A stretch of 53,499 nt of DNA from Prorocentrum cordatum (Eukaryota): NCBI GenBank assembly GCA_963575745.1, contig CAUYUJ010000310.1, positions 62,001 to 115,499 on the forward strand. The letters run 5' to 3'. A program made the translations under genes and the position numbers. Shown here one piece after another: positions 1 to 7,200 of this stretch. The notes beneath the pieces were generated by a model, which made no database searches, was not told where the DNA came from, and was given only the letters and a program-made list of their open reading frames with translations. The first letter of the stretch is position 1. Every line of letters starts with the position of its first letter.

Positions 1-1284
1 CGGAGCTTATCAGCTCGACAGGGGCGTCAGTACTCCAGGTTGCCATAAGATCCTGTCCGAGTCCTGACAAGTCGTCGCCGCAATCGTCATTTCCGTCTTC
101 GACGTGCTTTTTAATGCGGCGAGGCTTGATGCCTGCTTCCTTTTCGGCTTTGAGCCTTTCCTTCTGCTTTATACGCGATTCAGTGGGTAAAGCTTGCTCG
201 TTTTGTTCGTCGGTCTGTGTACTCATTGTCGTGGTGGAATGGGTACATGCGTCAATCGCCAGAGTCGGGAGGGGGAGAGAACAGTCATCTATGATGACGC
301 GTCTATGTTTCTGTGGTGATTGAGTAGGCTCGTTTCCGAGCAAGACCGGTTCCTCGGGTTGCCAATACAACCGAGTACTGATGTTGGCAACCCCTGCAGG
401 TAATGGTGCATGCCAATCATACCCTGTTGGTTGATCGGTAACTGAGATATCTTGAATAACCGCGTTGGTATCCAATTGATTGTTACACGTCGGATAACTT
501 CAGACCATTTTGGTCCTCCTTTATGAGTCGTCACGTAATGACGAGTATTATGGTCTGTACGTGTATACGTATTTAAGTATACGGGCACGTTTCCGTGCGT
601 GGTGGTACTCCCCAGGATTTTGTCGTTTAGGTAACGGATGAGTGTAGTACGTGTCTGAGCCCGCCATTCAGCATGTCGTACCGTATGGCCGTACCAGTCC
701 AACACATGTTGTGGTATGGCCTGCTTACAGGTACATGTCCACAGCTTCGAGCTAATCGGTATCGATGATGCTATCTGCATATATGTACCACTTGGTGTAT
801 TGTCTTGCATATTGAACCGAATACCGAAATGACACAAACGCATCCGTATTACTGACAACTTCAGATCTTCCAGAGTATCACGTACTGGAGATAACTTCCA
901 AACGTATCCTGGGGGACCGAATATGATGATTTTCATGCGGAGTTTCTTGGCTTTTATCAACAGGTTCTGGATACGTGACCAGTGTGGGGCCACTCTCTTT
1001 CCTGGAGTTCGTATATACCAGTCACCCGGAGTACTGATCCATATGAGAGTGTAATCTCCACTGATCACCGCACCTAGATAATTTGTGCCCACGCTTGTCA
1101 TAAGTTCGTTGTGGGAAATACGGTCACAAATATAACCTCGTGTGCGGAGGTCGGCACATGCCTCCCTCGTATCTTCAATGACAAAAGCCCTCTTACTAAG
1201 GCAGGTTGCCCCGCTGTCCTTGTTACCCCCCGGCTTTTCAGCCATCAGGCAAGACGACGAGGGGGCGACGTCGCCCTGCCATCT
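1..1284 (-). CDS. 5' part of pol of element 1: degenerate DNMT-like domain and linker, one frameshift near 475, open at the window edge
   Basis: In frame with the polyprotein past the UGA. Contains LIWISTPGDW, IIIFGPPG, MRLCHFG and CTC..H. Restoring one base at about 475 turns RRVTIN-WIP into RRVTINLDTNAVIQD and gives a frame open to position 1 (..LPTESRIKQKERLK..HVEDGNDDCGDDLSGL). Confidence 0.7.
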
Positions 1285-1287
1285 TCA
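1225..1287 (-). promoter_or_regulatory. UGA stop plus H-type pseudoknot: candidate programmed readthrough signal between gag-PR and pol
   Basis: UGA (1285-1287) is in frame with the downstream ORF. Stem 1 is GGCAGGGCGACG (1269-1280) paired with CGUCGUCUUGCC (1248-1259). Loop bases GCCCCCU can pair with GGGGGGU (1225-1231). A GGCU-GAAA-AGCC hairpin (1232-1243) lies between them. Confidence 0.7.
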
Positions 1288-4200
1288 AGATGAAGAAGAT
1301 GTGCCTACAATATCTGCCAACATCTGGGCTTCCCTCAGATGCTGGAGCTCAGCACTGCAGCGCGCCGTGGCCTCAGAGGCGGATTGCTCCGCAAATGCTG
1401 TCAGCATCGATGGATTATCCATCAGCTGTTTCAGCGCGCCTTTGGACCTAGCGTCGCTGACCGTATGCAATTCACGATTAGTGTATCCCATCACTATTTT
1501 ACGGCGGGACTGCACAGCGTCCATGGGTACACTACCACCATGCTTGGCCAGTGTCCTGGCAACAAAACAATCGAACGTCTCGAGATCGTCGATGTTGTCG
1601 CCTCGCATGGTGGCCTTGGCGAGCGTCTCCATCAACCCCTGGGGCAGGTTTCCCTGCAATTGATTGCGCTCCTGCGCTGGGGTCGGCTCGCCTGTCAGCA
1701 CTGTCTGGAAGGACGTGCTGCTTGAGCCCGAGGCGGGTTGCCCCGCAGCTCCAAAACGATCACACCTGATCGACAGATGCCCTGACGGCAACTTCGTCGT
1801 CGGCATGATTTTGGAGCCTTCCGGGAGCTCCATCTTGACCTGCCCCTTACCAGGGAATATCAGCTTTTCCTGGCCTCGTTCAAGCACGATGATCGTGCGT
1901 TTGTCCTGCATACTATCGAGACCTAGGATGGCTGGCAGGTCCTTTCCACAGCCTGACACAATGTTCGTCTTGTATGAATCGTGTTGGGCTGACCCCTGGT
2001 ACTCGCAGGCAATGCTAAATGTGCCTACGGTATCCGCTGGGGCCGACCCCTCTCCCACTCCGTTGATATGCAAACGAGAGCGGGGCTCGAATGTACAAGC
2101 ACGACCATGTGACTCAGCAGCCTGAACGAACTTACGGCTCGTGTTCTCGCCCATGATGTTGATCTTCGAACCGACGTCGATGAGTATGGAATTTCCACCA
2201 TCATCCAAGAACGTCTTACTCGGCTGCTTGATGTGCACAGTTTCTGAAGTGTCGGCTGTGTCGGTAGGCGGGTTTCCCCGCGGCACATTCGTACTCCCTG
2301 GCGGGTTACCCCGCACGACACTGGCATGCGACTCGCTCTCGGCCATGCGTGCCAGGTCAATGTACTGGAAGTACGACACGTGCTGGGCGTGATCACCACG
2401 CTCCTCCCGCCAGTTGGCATACTCATCACGTATGCTCATATACTGCTCGCGGGTAGTGCGCCTTATCAGCGTTAGGTACGAGTGAAGGGCGATGTCTTGC
2501 AGCCCTTCGTTCATGACGTGATCCCGGTACCGCAGCCACTCCTCGAACTCCTCATTCGTCGCTGAGATGTTGACGGCCCTGGCTGCTGCTGCTGACGCCG
2601 CTGAGGATTCTGATAGGTCTAACGACGGACTATCAGTTTCAGGATTATTGGCATCTAGCATAAACGTTGTGTGTGTATTATCCATCTGATTCTGGAAATG
2701 TCGTACACGCAACTCGCGCAGCTGATCAGGGTCCAATGACATCTCAACCTCGCCTCCACTCTGGGGAGACATCTGAGGAGTATCCTGCAGGTTTCCCTGC
2801 TGAGGCGCCGTCATCGGGATAAGCTGATCGAAATATCCCGTTGCCATAGGCGGCCTTACCTCTTCAGGCAGGTGTCCCTGCTGGTGTGACGAAGCTGTCT
2901 GCATAGCTAGCATCCTGGCCGTCATCTCCTCCACCATGCTCCTTAGCTCCCGCAGCTCCCTCATTGACTGCTCGGGAGTCTGACTAAGGGAGCCAGTCCA
3001 TGGGAAGGACGATGTTATAATGCCAGGTGCACGACAGATCGCACATGGTGGCTGCTGTGGATCTCCCTCGCGCTGGTTTGTCACGTGGCCCACCACGTTA
3101 GAATTCCAGCATCCCTCGTGGAATAGGTGATTGCACCTCAGGCGATACACACTATCCCTGGGCTGAAATTCTTCGAGGCATACAGCACAGGTGTCCTCCA
3201 TCCCAGTAAAGACTTCTACGTCTGCTACCCTGGGATATACCCGCCGCTGCCTCTCCAGTACCGTCTCGGAGGGCATGAAGGCTGATGGGGGAGTCCCCGT
3301 TAGGTCCATCACCTCCGGCCCTTCGACATTTGGCATGGAAGTGGTAGGAGTCACGGCGGGCGAGTTTCCTCGCAAAGGTGAGCCCCTATTCCGCACCACA
3401 TCGAGTGCAGCTGCACGTGACTGGTCCCGTACACTTTGCACCGCCTGCCTCCTCATGAAACATGCCTGCTGAGTGTGGTGCGTCTGCCTGATGTAGTCAG
3501 GCACGCCCCTACTGCCAGACGATATTGAATGGGCAGTGGGTTGTACAACCACCTCTGGTGATGTTGGGGAAGGCATGAAGGCCATGTGCGGGTACATGGA
3601 GTGGTCACTGCAGCGCACATTGGTGAGGTGATGCATCTGATCCGCCAATTCCCGAACAAATTTGTTCGGGACCCTTGTACCGTCAGGGTATAATGGCGGA
3701 TTCATCTGCGTGGGTGGTGGCCTCTGGCCCTGAGACATGCTCGGATGGGCGTTGAACGCCAGGATAAAGGCTCTCTGCCGAGCGGGGTCCCGTGGGTTGG
3801 GACCCTCCGGTTCCCAGGACCAGGCTGGCCTCCACCTCTGCCCACTTGGGTGAGGCAGATTATGGTTCTGCACCTGCTGTACCGCGGCCGCCACTCTTGA
3901 GCGATAGTCGTCGGGTATACCCGCCCTGTGGTGGCTTGGTGTACCAGGCAGGTTTCCCTGCTGACTCGTTGGCGTGCCGGGCGGCATCATGTTGAGGAGG
4001 GCTGTGCTGTGATCAGCCCTAGCCGCAGCTAGCCTCTCCATGAGTGTGCCGTTTACTGCAGGGCGAACAGGTGTCCCAAATGGGGATTGTGCTGGCGGAG
4101 TGCCCGCTGGAGTCATGCCCCTTGGAGTGTGCATGCTCTGTGTGGGGCTTGCGTGCATTGGCTCGAACCGAGCAGGTCCGCTTGTAGGCAGGTTTCCCTG

Positions 4201-7200
4201 CATGGCTTGACGATTTCTCGTGGCCATAGCGGACATTGCTCCCTGGCCTGCGGCCCAGGGATCCTGCTGGTACAGCCTGTCCGCCAGCTGTTCTACCTGG
4301 TCAGGGTTCAGCGCAGCTGCAATCTGATCCAGGTCTGAAGTACTTATGGCCTGCCAAGACACGGCGCTCGGCCCTTGGCTTGGGGCACGGCTTGGAGCCG
4401 CGCTCCCGGCCTCACTCTCGGTGATCATAAAGATCCGAAAGATCTCAGGCTGGTTTCCCAGCTGGGTGGGGCTGTAGTGGTCCCCAACGTCCCTGTGGAG
4501 GTAGACCATGGCTGGATCAACGCCCTCTTGGTCTCGGGACCACTTGTACTTAACGCTGGAATCACCAACATCAGCCCACCTATCTGGGGCAGTCATCATA
4601 CTGACAGAGACTCGCGCACGGCGGATCCCCAAATATTCTGGGTTGCGCCATTGCCTTCCAGTGGTCAGGTCCTCTACATGGGAAATGTAATACGGTTCAA
4701 TGATACCGTTATCTCCCTCGGACAAGAGGACTCCGTTATCGGACCAACAGAACTTTATACCATCTTGTATGGCCTTGCGCCAATCTACAAAGATGATGAG
4801 GTCTGATTCTGGGTCCCACCCACTGTTCACGGCACGGCGGCGCAATGTCGGCACGAAGTGGATGTGTGAACGGCCTGTCCCCGTTTTCTTCGTGTTGTGC
4901 TCAGGTCTACAGGACAGGCCGTGCCACATAATGCCTTCGAAAGCGTGCCATCGAGTGCCATGCATGGCGACTTCAGGGTATTTGGCCGGTCTCCCGGCGG
5001 GTTCGTCGCACAGTACAATGTAGCTGTACAGCGACCATGGAGCTTTCAATTTCCATGAATGCCCCTGAGAGGCGCGGACGAAGATAGCAGGCTCGCCAGA
5101 GTCCCGCATTAGCACCTTGAATTGAAGGCGCTGTTTTTCTTCTCCGTCTGGTTCACGAACATGAACAACTTCCATCATGATGGCTGCGAGTTGGTCAACC
5201 GAGCGACCATACAACTGCTCGCTAATAACTTTGGCCTCTTCATAAGCGTGCCTCGAGTGACTTGTGTTCCAAGAAAAGTTCTCCACGAGGTCCACGAGGT
5301 TGATCCAACCATCATGATCATCAAAAGATTTCAGGCGCCACACAGGATTATGTGGCTTATCTGGCGCATGTCTACATATCCTGCTGATAGCTTTGCTTAA
5401 CCTTTTAAGAGTATCATTGGATCTGGGAAGAATTCCGGCCTTCCTGCATTCCTTCATGAATGGCTCATCCACCGAACGTATCGGTGGGAGCTTCCGAAGT
5501 GCCAGTCTATCCCTGATCAGATCTGGAGTCCCACTAGTGAAGGATGTGTCTCCTGGGTGGTGCAGCTGAACTGCTGGCGGGTTTCCCCGCATCGGAGCCT
5601 CTGTTGCTGAAGAGGCTGCGGCTCCTGAAGAGGAGGAAGCTGCGGCAGCAGCGCCTGGCGGGTTTCCCCGCGGAGATGCGCGACTGGCGCTGCCCCTGAT
5701 CTTCGGCACCCAGTTACCCCTCGACATAGCACCTTCATCGGACCTCCTGGAACGAGCCGCCACAGGCGAAGCTGGCGCAGGTGCATACTCACTGCGCTCG
5801 AAAGCTGCCGCCCGTTCCGCAATGGACTTGCTGCGGCTAAGCGAACGTCTTCGTTCCTCAGTGGGGTCCTGGGGTTGCTGCTTGGGCACAGATGCTGGTA
5901 GGAGCTGCTGTTTCGGCGGCGCCGGAGGCGGCTTAGGTGTCGGGGGTTCACTCTTGGCCTTCGAAGTTAGTGGGAGTGGGGGCTTTCTAGCCCCCTTCAT
6001 GTAGAGCTTGCTGGAATCCTCCAGCATCTTGCGAGTTGCCTCGCGTGTGCGTTCATCTACTGTCTGAATACGCTCCTCATCTTCCGCCACACGTTGAGCC
6101 TTTGTCTCGTCCTTGATGATCGGCTCTGGTTGTTGGGACTGGCTAGATACGCCAGGCGAGTTTCCTCGCATACCAGGAAGACTAAAGAGCGCGTCTTTCT
6201 CTTCCTGGGTCATGGCTACCATTCCCCTTGGAGCCGGAGTAGGTTTCTCTTCTTCTTTCGGATCCAAGTGGCCCAAGATCCCGAGACGACTATTCACTGC
6301 TGCGATCTCTTCCGGTGTCATCGGGTCAAGTGGCGGATGGCCCTCCTTAGGAGGGGTTTTGCCCCTGTTGGGGCTCAGGCCTTCGTTGTTTCCAACGGGG
6401 CATCCTGGCCTGTGATTCTGGAACGGCTGGGAACAAGGACCACATGCAGCGTGAGGCCTATACTGCTTGCGAGCCGCGATAATATCTCGCAACTGGGTCC
6501 GCGCTTCTTGAATTTCAGGGCGGCGGATGTTTGTTGCAAGCTGATAGCCTCCACGGATGGGTCTGCCATCGCCGTCCCTATAGGCAGGATTGCCCTGGCC
6601 GAAGGCCGAGTGTTCCCCTTTTCGGCGTCGTGGGTCGTTGTGTGGAAGTAGCTGGCCACCTCTTCTGGCAGCGTGTTCCTTTGGGCCAGCCTGTCTCCAA
6701 TCACGAGGGAGTCGAGCCTGAGGATGTGGCTCTCCTCTGACGCGCGTATGGGAACGAGATCTTCTGGTGTTCTCATCAGAAGAGGCTGCTGATGCAGCAG
6801 GAGCGGCACCCGTTGGAGGTGCTTGAGGAGGCTCCTCTGCGATCCCGGGTGGATCGCTCGATGGAGGCAGGTCTCCCTGCTGGGTGGAGCTCGGCGCAAG
6901 TGGCTCTTGTGCCGATGGTGATGATGGTTCAGACTCATCAGGGTCGAAATCGACCTCTTCCTCACCAGTCACGTCCATCATGAGGATGGTGACGTCATCC
7001 TCATCTAACCCACAACCATCGCCTTCTACTTCTTCTGATGTCGAACTACCAATTATGATGGCCATTGGCGCATCTGGTAAAGGCAGGTTTCCCTGCATGG
7101 CCGGCGTCTGGCCGTCACTCGGCTGTCCTGGAGTAGGAGGCACAGTCGTCGGCTCAGGGTCATCGACGAGCATAGGCTGCCTAGCAATGTTACGCATGGC

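Noticed and set aside
470..480. Frameshift in element 1 pol as programmed
   Set aside because: It falls in the middle of a protein motif with no slippery heptamer. A one-base deletion or sequencing error in a T-run explains it.
4670..5410. Host TPT1 gene or bacterial contamination
   Set aside because: It is intronless, in frame within Gag-PR, lacks its own start and stop, and carries the element-specific hairpin.
5705..5722. RGNW and similar near-matches (also about 6584 and 9300) as hairpin copies
   Set aside because: The stems do not pair fully or the loop is not 4 nt, so they were excluded from the count of 24.
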